Source of the DNA: Candidatus Krumholzibacteriota bacterium
GTDB lineage: Bacteria > Krumholzibacteriota > Krumholzibacteriia > LZORAL124-64-63
DNA length: 64,000 nucleotides
Assembly: GCA_022711765.1 (NCBI GenBank)
Contig: JAKLEB010000001.1
Coordinates: forward strand, 1,186-65,185
Direction: 5' to 3'
Shown: one piece after another, positions 39,372 through 48,001 of the stretch
Numbering within the stretch: position 1 is the first letter of the stretch
How the letters are laid out: every line of letters starts with the position of its first letter
The notes under the pieces: model-generated
The model's database searches: none
What the model was told of the DNA's origin: nothing
Seen by the model: only the letters and a program-made list of their open reading frames with translations
Program-made: the position numbers and the translations under genes

Positions 39372-39379
39372 TATTACTG
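39366..39379. promoter_or_regulatory. Palindromic operator-like site CGGTAATATTACTG (core GTAATATTAC), upstream copy
   Basis: The 10-bp core is a perfect palindrome and AT-rich in GC-rich DNA. An identical 14-mer recurs at 39423..39436. The two bracket a TTGACA-N17-TATCGT promoter. Confidence 0.5.
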
Positions 39380-39385
39380 CCGTTG

Positions 39386-39414
39386 TTGACACTTCCGGAC
39401 GATCGGATTATCGT
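39386..39414 (+). promoter_or_regulatory. Sigma70-like promoter TTGACA-N17-TATCGT for the H1-like gene
   Basis: TTGACA at 39386-39391 and TATCGT at 39409-39414. An AAGGAG ribosome-binding site lies at 39461 and the ATG at 39472. Confidence 0.45.
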
Positions 39415-39422
39415 GCGCGGGA

Positions 39423-39436
39423 CGGTAATATTACTG
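39423..39436. promoter_or_regulatory. Palindromic operator-like site CGGTAATATTACTG, downstream copy
   Basis: Second identical 14-mer. It is positioned just downstream of the -10 element. Confidence 0.5.
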
Positions 39437-39471
39437 GTCACCGCGCGAGCCGTGCGAGAAAAGGAGTCTCC

Positions 39472-40053
39472 ATGCCGACGAATCTGACCCGATTGCTCTC
39501 CAGACTGAGCCGCGCCGACCTACACAGGCTGCTCGTGGCCAAGGAGGAGATCGAGCACCTGGAGGAGCGGCGCACCGAGCTCGCGAGCGAACTGGCCGAG
39601 GTCGACCAGAAGCTGGACCGCCTCATCGGACGGGTGGCAGGCACCCGCCGCGGCCCGGGCCGGCCCGCCGGCCGGAGGTCCGGCAGGAAGGTCGGCCGGA
39701 GAACCGTCAAGAAGGCCGCGAAGAAGACCGCCAGACGAGCTGCCAGGACGACCGCCGGGAAGGCGGCGAAGACGGCGGCCAGGAAGACCGCGACGAAGAC
39801 CGCGCGGAAGGGCGGCGAGCGCCCCGCGCCGCGCGGCCGGCGGACCGGCGGGCAGCGGGCCACTCTCGAGAACGTGGTGATCGGCGTCCTCGCGAACAAA
39901 GGGGAGCCGATGAGCTTCAAGGCGATCCTCGAGACGATCACGGCCGGCAAGCTGTTCCGCAGCCGCAGCCGCGACTTCTCGAACGTCCTGAGACGGACCC
40001 TGTCCACGAGTCGTCGCGTGAAGCGGGTCTCGCGCGGGGTGTACGGGACCTGA
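39472..40053 (+). CDS. Histone H1-like / lysine-alanine-rich nucleoid-associated protein with C-terminal winged-helix (HARE-HTH / linker-histone-like) domain
   Basis: 193 aa. N-terminal coiled coil (EEIEHLEERRTELASELAEVDQKLDRL). A central low-complexity basic tract (KKAAKKTARRAARTTAGKAAKTAARKTATKTARK) follows. The C-terminal 60-aa globular domain (GEPMSFKAILETITAGKLFRS...VKRVSRGVYGT) is winged-helix-like. Confidence 0.6.
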   Translation: MPTNLTRLLSRLSRADLHRLLVAKEEIEHLEERRTELASELAEVDQKLDRLIGRVAGTRRGPGRPAGRRSGRKVGRRTVKKAAKKTARRAARTTAGKAAKTAARKTATKTARKGGERPAPRGRRTGGQRATLENVVIGVLANKGEPMSFKAILETITAGKLFRSRSRDFSNVLRRTLSTSRRVKRVSRGVYGT

Positions 40054-40060
40054 GCCGCCC

Positions 40061-40405
40061 TCAACCCGGCGGCCAGCCGAGCGCGCGGCCGCCGAGCACG
40101 TGCAGATGGAGGTGCGGCACGGTCTGGCAAGCGTCGCGGCCGCAGTTGATGACGAACCGGTAACCCGTTTCGGCGAGACCGAGCTTGGCCGCCACCTGGG
40201 CCGCCGTCACCTGCAGCCGGCCGACGAGATCGGCGTCGGCGCCGGTGAGGTCGGTGAGCGCGGCGACGTGCCGGCGCGGGATCACCAGGAAATGGACCGG
40301 CGCCTGCGGATTCAAGTCGCGGAACGCGACGAAGTCGGTGTCGGCGTGGACCTCCCGGCAGGGGATGTCCCCGGCGGCGATGCGGCAGAAGATGCAGTCG
40401 GCCAT
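40061..40405 (-). CDS. HIT-family protein (Hint-like)
   Basis: 114 aa on the minus strand from MADCIFCRIAAGDIP. The histidine triad HLHLHVLGG is present. GGAGG ribosome-binding site. The track ORF is longer through an upstream GTG. Confidence 0.75.
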   Translation of the reverse strand: MADCIFCRIAAGDIPCREVHADTDFVAFRDLNPQAPVHFLVIPRRHVAALTDLTGADADLVGRLQVTAAQVAAKLGLAETGYRFVINCGRDACQTVPHLHLHVLGGRALGWPPG

Positions 40406-40494
40406 CGCGGCTCCTTCGGGCGCCGCACGCTCGCGGCGCCGATTGAGGTCACGGCAAGCTAGCACGACCCGGCGCGCCGCGGCAAGGAGCGGGC

Positions 40495-41433
40495 GTGGAC
40501 ATCCTCGTGGTCGGTTACAACGCCTTCGACATCACGGTGCCGACGGCCGGATTGCCCGCGCTCGACAGCAAGCACGAGGTGACCGAGATCTACCACGGCG
40601 GCGGCGGCCCGGGCGCCACCGCCGCCGTCTGCCTCGCACGGTTGGGCGCGCGAGTGCGGCTCGTGACGGTGTTCGGCGACGACGAGGGCGCCGCGGTGCA
40701 GCGCCGCGAGTTGCTCGAAGCGGGCGTCGACCTCTCGCTGTCGGTCGCCGCCGGCGGGCACCGCTCGCCGCGCGCGGTGATCCTGGTCGATCCCGCGGCG
40801 GCGACACGGACGGTTTTCTGGTCCCGCGGCACCTTGCCCGCGCTCGCGCCGGACGCGATGGACCCCGCCTGGCTCGACTCCTGCGACCTCCTGTATTGCG
40901 ACGGTCACGAGCCGCCGGCGGCGGAGCGCCTCGCGGCGGCCGCCCGGGCCCGCGGTCTGCCCGTCGTGCTCGACGCCGGATCGGTCCGGGCGGGGGCGTC
41001 CGAGCTGGTCGCCCGTTGCACCGACGTGATCGCTTCGCCCGGGTTCGCCGCGAGCCTGACCGGCGAGAGCGGGCCCGTCGCCGGGTTGCGGGCGCTGCGG
41101 GCCCGGGGGCCGGGTCGCGTCGCGATCACCTACGGCGAGGCCGGCGTCCTCGCGCTCGACGAGACCGGCGGCGGCGTCTTCCACGTCCCAGCCTGCGCGG
41201 TCGAGGTCCGCGACACGACCGGCGCCGGCGACGCCTTTCACGCCGGCTACGCGTTCGCCCGGGCGCGCGGCGACAGCTGGCCCGCCGGTCTCGCGCTGGG
41301 CGCCGCCGTAGCGGCGCTCAAATGCCGCGACTGGGGCGGCCGGCGGGGGTTGCCCACCCTGGACGAGGCGATGCGCCTGCGGGCGAACGGCCCCTGGCGG
41401 CAAGCGGTGCCGCCAGGCTGGTCCGGGGCCTGA
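40495..41433 (+). CDS. PfkB-family carbohydrate kinase (ribokinase-like)
   Basis: 312 aa. N-terminal ILVVGYNAFDI. C-terminal motif DTTGAGDAFHAGYAFA (PfkB signature 2). Confidence 0.8.
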   Translation: MDILVVGYNAFDITVPTAGLPALDSKHEVTEIYHGGGGPGATAAVCLARLGARVRLVTVFGDDEGAAVQRRELLEAGVDLSLSVAAGGHRSPRAVILVDPAAATRTVFWSRGTLPALAPDAMDPAWLDSCDLLYCDGHEPPAAERLAAAARARGLPVVLDAGSVRAGASELVARCTDVIASPGFAASLTGESGPVAGLRALRARGPGRVAITYGEAGVLALDETGGGVFHVPACAVEVRDTTGAGDAFHAGYAFARARGDSWPAGLALGAAVAALKCRDWGGRRGLPTLDEAMRLRANGPWRQAVPPGWSGA

Positions 41434-41512
41434 TTTCCGGCTGGACATTCGCCGATTTTTCGCCTAACGTGGGCGAACACCCAGCGAAGCCGGTTCCGGC
41501 CGGGAGGTCGCC

Positions 41513-42118
41513 ATGTCGCTGACGCGTCGCCAAGCGGAGATCCTGGACTTCATCCGCGCCTTCTCGGCCGAGAACCACTATGCGCCGACTCTCCAGGAGA
41601 TCGGCGACCGGTTCGGACTGTCCTCGGTCGCCACGGTGCACAAGCACGTCAGCCAGCTGGTGGGCAAGGGATACCTCAAACGGGAGCGCCGCAACGCCAG
41701 CCGGGACCTCGCCGTCGTGACCGGCGGTCGGGACGCGGCGGCGGTCCTGATCCCGCTGCTCGGCACGGTGGCGGCCGGTATGCCGATCGAGGCCCTGCCG
41801 GAGGCGGAAGAGATCGCCCTGCCCGAGCAGTGGCTGGGGCGCCGGCGAACGTTCGCTCTCCGCGTGCGCGGCGACTCGATGATCGAGGAGCAGATCCGCG
41901 ACGGGGACGTCGTCGTCGTCGAGGAACGCGAGACCGCGCGCAACGGCGAGACCGTGATCGCCCTCGTCGACGGCGAGAACGCCACGGTCAAGCAATACCA
42001 CCGGCAAGGCGCGTTGATCCGCCTCGTGCCCGCGAATCCCCGGCTCTCGCCCCTGGAGTACGACGAGGCGAGGGTCCGGATCCAGGGCGTCGTCATCGGC
42101 GTCCTGCGCCGCTTCTGA
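41513..42118 (+). CDS. lexA: LexA repressor
   Basis: 201 aa. The N-terminal winged helix-turn-helix is LTRRQAEILDFIRAF...PTLQEIGDRFGLSSVATVHKHVSQLVGKGYL. The cleavage site AAG lies in VAAGMP. The catalytic Ser is in RGDSMIE and the catalytic Lys in TVKQY. Confidence 0.9.
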   Translation: MSLTRRQAEILDFIRAFSAENHYAPTLQEIGDRFGLSSVATVHKHVSQLVGKGYLKRERRNASRDLAVVTGGRDAAAVLIPLLGTVAAGMPIEALPEAEEIALPEQWLGRRRTFALRVRGDSMIEEQIRDGDVVVVEERETARNGETVIALVDGENATVKQYHRQGALIRLVPANPRLSPLEYDEARVRIQGVVIGVLRRF

Positions 42119-42223
42119 CGCCACCCTGGACCGTCCCCGCTGCCGGTCGCGCCGGAGGATCCGTGTCCGGCGGCCGCGGCCATCGGCGGCGCGCGGCTTA
42201 CCCGCCGGCGGGGATGCCCCATG

Positions 42224-42249
42224 TTGACGGTCGCCTGATCGACCGTTAA
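42224..42249. promoter_or_regulatory. Inverted repeat TTGACGGTCG-N6-CGACCGTTAA upstream of hsp20-lon (candidate heat-shock operator)
   Basis: 10-bp arms with 9 of 10 positions complementary, 56 nt upstream of the hsp20 ATG. It overlaps a TTGACG -35-like hexamer. It does not match CIRCE or HAIR consensus sequences. Confidence 0.4.
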
Positions 42250-42305
42250 GGTTGCCGAGGCGCCCGTTTTCGGCGCGCGACGGCAAGACCCGGCGGAGGC
42301 GGACG

Positions 42306-42740
42306 ATGGCGCGACCCGGCCGCAAGAGCGAACTCGAAGAGATCTTCGAGATCCTGGTGACCTCGTACAGCCAGAAGGGGGGCGCCGTACCGGCCGAGGG
42401 CGACCTCTGCTGGCGCCCCGCGACCGACGTCTACGAGACCGAGGCCAGCCTCGTGATCCAGATGGACCTCGCTGGCATGGATCCTGCCCAGATCGAGGTG
42501 ATCTGCGACGGCCAGTGCCTGGTGGTCCGCGGCATCCGGCCGGAGTCCTCGCAACCCGGGCGCAAGCACTTTCACACGATGGAGATCAACGTCGGCCCCT
42601 TCGTGAGGCGGGTCCCGCTTTTGGTCGACATCGATCCGACGAGCGCCACCGCCCGGTACCGGGGCGGTTTTCTCTACGTCACGTTCCGCAAGGGTGAACC
42701 GCAGCCGGTGCAACGGCGCCAGATCGAGGTGGATCGGTGA
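42306..42740 (+). CDS. Small heat-shock protein, Hsp20/alpha-crystallin family
   Basis: 144 aa from the ATG at 42306. The alpha-crystallin domain runs from WRPATDVYETEASLVIQMDLAGMDPAQIEV to FLYVTFRK. The N-terminus of the track ORF is Arg-rich junk. Confidence 0.8.
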   Translation: MARPGRKSELEEIFEILVTSYSQKGGAVPAEGDLCWRPATDVYETEASLVIQMDLAGMDPAQIEVICDGQCLVVRGIRPESSQPGRKHFHTMEINVGPFVRRVPLLVDIDPTSATARYRGGFLYVTFRKGEPQPVQRRQIEVDR

Positions 42741-45154
42741 TGCGGCGGAGGAGCCAGCCCAGGTCCGAAGGCGTGATCGGCAGTCCGCAGGAGCAATCGA
42801 CCCAGGGCGTGGTCTTGCCGGCGACGTTGCCGATCCTGCCGATCAGCGAGGCCGTCATCTTCCCGTTCATGATGGTGCCGCTCGTTCTGAGCGATGCCAA
42901 CCTGATCAAGCTGGCGGACGAGTGTCTGGCGGGCGACAAGATCCTCGGCGCCTTCGCCCAGCGCCCCGACCCGCCCGAGGGAGAGCCGGACCATGCCGAC
43001 GCGGCGCCGACCAGCGACGCCGAGCAGATCTACCAGGTCGGCACCGCCGTGCGGATCCAGAAGATGCTGCGCTTCCCGGACGGCAGCATGCGGCTGCTCG
43101 GCCAGGGGATCGCCCGCTGCCGGATCGAGGCCATCCTTCAGGAGGAGCCCTACCTGCGTGCGGCGATTTCCGCCGTGCACGAGGAGACGGCCGACGACTC
43201 GCAGACCCTCGCCTACATGCGCGGCGTCGCGAACAATTTCCTGAAGATCATCGACGCGAGCGAGCACCTGTCCGACGAGCTGAAGGTCGTCGTGATGAAC
43301 ATCGACGATCCCGGCCGGCTCGCGGACCTCATCGCGACGAATCTCGACATCGACGTCGCGGAGAAGCAGGCCGTGCTCGAGGAGGCCTCGCCGCGCAAGC
43401 GGCTGCAGCTGCTCTCGAAGGTCGTCATTCGCGAGCTCGACGTGCTGGAACTCGGTCAGCAGTTGCAGACGAAGGTGCGCAAGTCCATCGACAAGGACCA
43501 GCGCGAATATTACCTGCGCCAGCAGTTGAAGGCGATCCGCCGCGAGCTGGGAGACGAGGACGAAGGCTCCGTCGAGCTGGAGGAAATCCGGGAACGCCTG
43601 AACCAGATCGCGTTGCCGGAGAAGGTGGGGGCGGCGGCCGAGCGCGAGTACGACCGGCTCTCGCGGATGTCGCCGGGCGCGAGCGAGTACACGGTCAGCA
43701 AGACCTATCTCGAGTGGATCCTCGATCTGCCGTGGCTCGTCTCGAGCGAGGACAAGCTGGACCTCGGCCGCGCCGAGGAGATCCTCGAGCGGGACCATTA
43801 CGGTCTCGAGGACGTCAAGGAACGGATCCTCGAGTTCCTCTCGGTGCGCAAGCTCAAAGGCGACCACCGCGGGCCGATCCTCTGCCTCCAGGGGCCGCCC
43901 GGGGTCGGCAAGACGTCGCTGGGCCGCAGCATCGCGGAGGCGGTCGGTCGCAAGTTCTTCCGCTTCTCGCTCGGCGGCATGCGCGACGAGGCGGAGATCC
44001 GCGGGCACCGGCGCACCTACGTCGGCGCGATGCCGGGCCGCATCATCGCCGGCATCCGGGATTGCGGGACCAATAATCCGCTCATCATGCTCGACGAGAT
44101 CGACAAGCTGGGCCAGGACTTCCGCGGCGATCCGGCGAGCGCGCTGCTCGAGGTCCTCGATCCGGAACAGAACCACGGATTCACCGATCACTACCTGGCG
44201 CTGGCGTTCGACCTCTCGAAGGTGATGTTCATCACGACCGCGAACATGCTCGACACGATTCCGCGTCCGCTGCTCGACCGCATGGAAACGATCCAGCTGC
44301 CGGGCTACACCAACCTCGAGAAGCTGCAGATCGCGAAGCGCTACCTCGTGCCGCGGCAGATCGCCGAGAACGGCCTCAATCGCCGGAAGATCCGGTTCAC
44401 CGATTCCGGAATCCTGCACATCATCGAGGACCACACGCGCGAAGCCGGCGTCCGGGAGCTCGAGCGCAAGATCGGCGGCGTCTGCCGCAAGGCCGCGCGC
44501 AAGGTGGCGCGCGGTGGGCGCCGGCCGCACGCGATCACTGCCAAGAACCTCGCCGACTACCTGGGCCCGCCGACGTACACCGGGGACAGCCTGCGCCGCC
44601 GCGCGCTGGTCGGCGTGGTCACCGGCCTGGCCTGGACTCCGGTCGGCGGCAAGATCCTGAGCATCGAGGGGCTCAGCCTGCCCGGCGGCGGCGGCAACCT
44701 GAAACTCACCGGCCAGCTCGGCAGCGTGATGCAGGAATCGGCATCGGCCGCCTTCAGCTACCTGCGCAGCCGGTTCGGCGGCGACGAGAAGCACGCGGAC
44801 TTCTTCTCGCGCGACGTTCACATCCACGTGCCGGCCGGGGCAATCCCGAAGGACGGTCCGTCCGCCGGCATCGCGATGGCGACGGTCCTGCTGTCGCTGC
44901 TGCTCGCCAAGCCGGTGGACCGCCGCACCGCGATGACGGGCGAGATCACCTTGACCGGCGAGGTGCTGCCGATCGGCGGGCTCCTGGAGAAAGTCCTGGC
45001 GGCCCATCGCGTCGGGATCCGGCGAGTCATCATCCCGGACGCCAATATCACCGATCTGGATCACATCCCGGAGGAAGTCCGCGCTGCGGTGGAATTCTTG
45101 CCGGTGGCGCACGTGGACCAGGTGTGGCAAGCTGTGTTCCCGGGAGCGTTGTAG
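42740..45154 (+). CDS. lon: ATP-dependent Lon protease
   Basis: About 804 aa. The ATG at 42740 overlaps the hsp20 stop as TGATG; an alternative GTG lies at 42737. LON N-domain. AAA+ Walker A GPPGVGKTS. The C-terminal protease domain carries the catalytic Ser in PKDGPSAGIAMATVL. Confidence 0.95.
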   Translation: MRRRSQPRSEGVIGSPQEQSTQGVVLPATLPILPISEAVIFPFMMVPLVLSDANLIKLADECLAGDKILGAFAQRPDPPEGEPDHADAAPTSDAEQIYQVGTAVRIQKMLRFPDGSMRLLGQGIARCRIEAILQEEPYLRAAISAVHEETADDSQTLAYMRGVANNFLKIIDASEHLSDELKVVVMNIDDPGRLADLIATNLDIDVAEKQAVLEEASPRKRLQLLSKVVIRELDVLELGQQLQTKVRKSIDKDQREYYLRQQLKAIRRELGDEDEGSVELEEIRERLNQIALPEKVGAAAEREYDRLSRMSPGASEYTVSKTYLEWILDLPWLVSSEDKLDLGRAEEILERDHYGLEDVKERILEFLSVRKLKGDHRGPILCLQGPPGVGKTSLGRSIAEAVGRKFFRFSLGGMRDEAEIRGHRRTYVGAMPGRIIAGIRDCGTNNPLIMLDEIDKLGQDFRGDPASALLEVLDPEQNHGFTDHYLALAFDLSKVMFITTANMLDTIPRPLLDRMETIQLPGYTNLEKLQIAKRYLVPRQIAENGLNRRKIRFTDSGILHIIEDHTREAGVRELERKIGGVCRKAARKVARGGRRPHAITAKNLADYLGPPTYTGDSLRRRALVGVVTGLAWTPVGGKILSIEGLSLPGGGGNLKLTGQLGSVMQESASAAFSYLRSRFGGDEKHADFFSRDVHIHVPAGAIPKDGPSAGIAMATVLLSLLLAKPVDRRTAMTGEITLTGEVLPIGGLLEKVLAAHRVGIRRVIIPDANITDLDHIPEEVRAAVEFLPVAHVDQVWQAVFPGAL

Positions 45155-45186
45155 CGCGGAGTCGCCGGTCCGCGGAAGGGAAGTCC

Positions 45187-46311
45187 GTGCTCGAGAAACT
45201 GAAGCAGTCGCTCCGCGGGCGCAAGGAGACCGCCGCCTTCCGGGTGCCGGGACAGATCAGCGACAGCTCGCGCATTCTCGCGCTCGCGTCCCTGGACCTC
45301 AGCGACCTGCTGTTCCACGTGCCCCTGCTGTCCGCGATCCGCCGGACCTGGCCGGGCGCCAGCCTCGATTTCCTGGTGCCCGACGCGTTCGCGCCGCTCG
45401 TGATCCCGAGCGGCCTCGCCCGCCAGGTCATGGTCTACTCCGAGAAGCAGCTCGTCGGCTGGAAGCCGGCCTTGCGCAACCTGCAGCGGTCGCTGGCCGG
45501 CGGCCGCTACGACGCCAGCTTCGTGCTCTCGCTGGAGCCGGCGCCGGTGCTCGAGGATCTCGGGCTCACGAGCGGCGCCGTCCTGCGCTGCGGTCCCTCC
45601 CATCCCGGCGCCTGGCCCGCCGTCAATCTCGAGCTGCGCCGCGGCGACGAGGCGACCGGCTACGGTGGCGACAGCCTCGCGCGGCTGGCGCCGTTCCTCG
45701 GACTCGACCCCGGGATCATCCGCACCGCCTGGCCGTTGCCGACCGACAAGCTGCGCCAGGTCGCGCAGCTCGTCCATTTCAACAAGCCGCGCCCGGAGGA
45801 GGTGCTGGTCGGCATCGATCCCGGCCCGGACAAGGCGGGCCGGGCGCTCTCCGTGGCCAATCTGGTGTTCCTCGTCCAGCAGCTCAAGACCCAGCTGACC
45901 TGCCGCATCCTGCCCCTCGCGGGGCCCGGCGGCGAGGACCGCCTGCGCGAGTTCGAGACCGCGCTCGGGGCGCCGGTCCCGCCCGCCTTCAACCGCGACA
46001 CCCTCCTCGAGACCATCCTGTTGCTGTGCCAGTGCGATCTCTTCGTGGCGGGCAACACGGATCTCTTCCACGTCGCGGTTGCCGAGGGCGTGCCGACGGT
46101 CGGCCTGTTCGGCTCGGCCGTGGATCCGCGCTGGCAGCCGCGGAACCGGCGGCGCTGCGCGGTGCTCAACGCCAGCCGCGGCGAGAAGGTGGACATGGCG
46201 ACGCTCATGGACGCCGTCAACGCGGTGCGGGCGCCGGAGCCCGGGCGCGACACCGCGCCCGCGCCTGGCGACGGCGCGGTGCCCGGCCCAATCCCCGCTC
46301 CGGGCGCATGA
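45187..46311 (+). CDS. Glycosyltransferase family 9 (ADP-heptose:LPS heptosyltransferase-like), paralogue 1
   Basis: 374 aa from the GTG at 45187. GT9 C-terminal region (DLFVAGNTDLFHVAVAEGVPTVGLFG). Confidence 0.65.
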   Translation: MLEKLKQSLRGRKETAAFRVPGQISDSSRILALASLDLSDLLFHVPLLSAIRRTWPGASLDFLVPDAFAPLVIPSGLARQVMVYSEKQLVGWKPALRNLQRSLAGGRYDASFVLSLEPAPVLEDLGLTSGAVLRCGPSHPGAWPAVNLELRRGDEATGYGGDSLARLAPFLGLDPGIIRTAWPLPTDKLRQVAQLVHFNKPRPEEVLVGIDPGPDKAGRALSVANLVFLVQQLKTQLTCRILPLAGPGGEDRLREFETALGAPVPPAFNRDTLLETILLLCQCDLFVAGNTDLFHVAVAEGVPTVGLFGSAVDPRWQPRNRRRCAVLNASRGEKVDMATLMDAVNAVRAPEPGRDTAPAPGDGAVPGPIPAPGA

Positions 46312-47414
46312 TCACCGACGGCCGTCAGGGGCTGCGCGTGCTCGTGGTCCTGCCGAACTGGTTGGGCGACGTCGTCATGGCGACGCCGCTGCTCGACGTG
46401 TTGCACGAGACTCGTGACGATCGGGGCCGGCCGCTCGCCATCGTCGCGAGCGTCCGTCGCCGCTGGGCGCCGCTGCTGGCGCGCGATCCCCGGCTCGCCA
46501 AGGTGGTCCTCTACGAGCGCACCGGCTGTCACGCCGGCGTGCGCGGGATTCCGCGTCTGGCGGCGACCTGGCGCGCCGCCGGCGCCGCCGCCGTCGTCGT
46601 GTGTCCGCCATCGTTGCGGTCGGCGCTGGTGGCCAGGCTCGCGCGGATCCCGCGGCGGATCGGCTACGCCGGCGAGGGGCGCAGCGCGCTCTTGACCCTG
46701 CCGCTCGCGCCGGTCCGTCCGCGCGGCAGCGTCCACCACGTGGACGAGCTGCGCCGCCTGGGTCTCGTGTTGCTGGAGTCGCTCGGGCTGCCGCAAGCGG
46801 AGGCCGGCGCGGCGATGCCCCGGCTGCCGGGGCTGGACGACCTGTACCCGGCGTCGATCGGCTCCGGCCCGCCGCTGTGGATCTTCGCGCCAGGCGCCAC
46901 GTACGGCCCGGCCAAGACGTGGACCGTCGAGCGCGCCGCCGAGTTCACTGCACTCGCGGTGCGCGAGGAAGGCGTCCGGCTCGCGGTGGTCGGCGACACG
47001 GCGACCGCGGGCTTCCTGGCCGCCCTGCGCCGGCGCGTGCCGGACCTGCCGTGGCGGCGGGAACTGGCCGGGCCGGCCGGCGTGATCGACCTGGTCGGCG
47101 GCACGACGGTGCTGGATCTGGCGGCGCTGATCAAGCGGAGCCGCGGGTTCGTCGGCAACGACAGCGGCGTGATGCACCTCGCCGCCGCGCTCGGGGTGCC
47201 GACGGTCGGGCTGTTCGGCTCGAGCAGCACGGCCTGGACCGGACCGCGCGGGGCGTGCACGCGAGCGCTGGTCGCGAGCGGCTTCCCGTGCCAGCCCTGC
47301 TACCGCCGGACCTGCAACCAGCCCGTCTTCTGCCTCGACACGCTGTCGGGCCAGCAGGTGCTGGCCGCGCTGAAGGATCTCAGGGATGCGACGTCGCCCG
47401 GAGCCCGCCCATGA
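46308..47414 (+). CDS. Glycosyltransferase family 9 heptosyltransferase (WaaF/RfaF-like), paralogue 2
   Basis: 368 aa. ATGA overlap with the upstream stop. N-terminus LRVLVVLPNWLGDVVMATPLL is classic GT9. A GNDSGVMHLAAALGVPTVGLFG motif is also present. Confidence 0.8.
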   Translation: MITDGRQGLRVLVVLPNWLGDVVMATPLLDVLHETRDDRGRPLAIVASVRRRWAPLLARDPRLAKVVLYERTGCHAGVRGIPRLAATWRAAGAAAVVVCPPSLRSALVARLARIPRRIGYAGEGRSALLTLPLAPVRPRGSVHHVDELRRLGLVLLESLGLPQAEAGAAMPRLPGLDDLYPASIGSGPPLWIFAPGATYGPAKTWTVERAAEFTALAVREEGVRLAVVGDTATAGFLAALRRRVPDLPWRRELAGPAGVIDLVGGTTVLDLAALIKRSRGFVGNDSGVMHLAAALGVPTVGLFGSSSTAWTGPRGACTRALVASGFPCQPCYRRTCNQPVFCLDTLSGQQVLAALKDLRDATSPGARP

Positions 47415-48001
47415 GCCGCTGGTCGTTCGCGAACGCGCGTCCGCCCGCCTCGCGCGGCGTCCCGGCCCTGTTCGTCGACCGCGACGGCGTGATCGTCGTC
47501 GAGCGGGATTACCTCGGCGATCCGGCGCAGCTGCTCCTGGTGCCCGGCGCCACGTCCGCGCTGCGCGCCGCCCGCGCAGCGGGCTTCCTCCTGGTCGGCG
47601 TCTCGAACCAGTCGGGACTCGGACGGGGGCGTATCACGCACGCCCAGTTCGCCGCCGTGATGCGGCGGTTCGAGGACGTGCTCGCCGCCGAGGACTGCCT
47701 GCTCGACGGGTTCTTCTACTGCCCTCACGCTCCCGGTGACGGTTGCCGGTGCCGCAAGCCCGCGCCGGGCCTGCTCGAGGAGGCGGCCGAGGTCTTCGCC
47801 TGGGACCCGACTCGCTCGTGGATCGTCGGCGACAAGGTCTCCGACGTCGACCTGGCCCTGGCGGCCGGCCTGCGGCCGGCACTCGTGCGGACGGGCTACG
47901 GTCGCGTCGAGGAGACGCGGCTCGGCGAGCGGCGTCCGGTCCTGGTGGCCGACGACCTCGCGGCGGTCGTTGCGGCCATCCTCGCCGAGGCCGCGCCGTG
48001 A
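47411..48001 (+). CDS. gmhB: D-glycero-D-manno-heptose 1,7-bisphosphate phosphatase (HAD family)
   Basis: 196 aa. HAD motif I FVDRDGVI. The zinc-binding CPHAPGDGCRCRKP motif is typical of GmhB. ATGA overlap with the upstream gene. Confidence 0.85.
   Translation: MSRWSFANARPPASRGVPALFVDRDGVIVVERDYLGDPAQLLLVPGATSALRAARAAGFLLVGVSNQSGLGRGRITHAQFAAVMRRFEDVLAAEDCLLDGFFYCPHAPGDGCRCRKPAPGLLEEAAEVFAWDPTRSWIVGDKVSDVDLALAAGLRPALVRTGYGRVEETRLGERRPVLVADDLAAVVAAILAEAAP

Noticed and set aside
42674-45130. 818-aa minus-strand ORF antisense to lon
   Set aside because: Lon is unambiguous on the + strand. The antisense ORF is low-complexity and has no start context.
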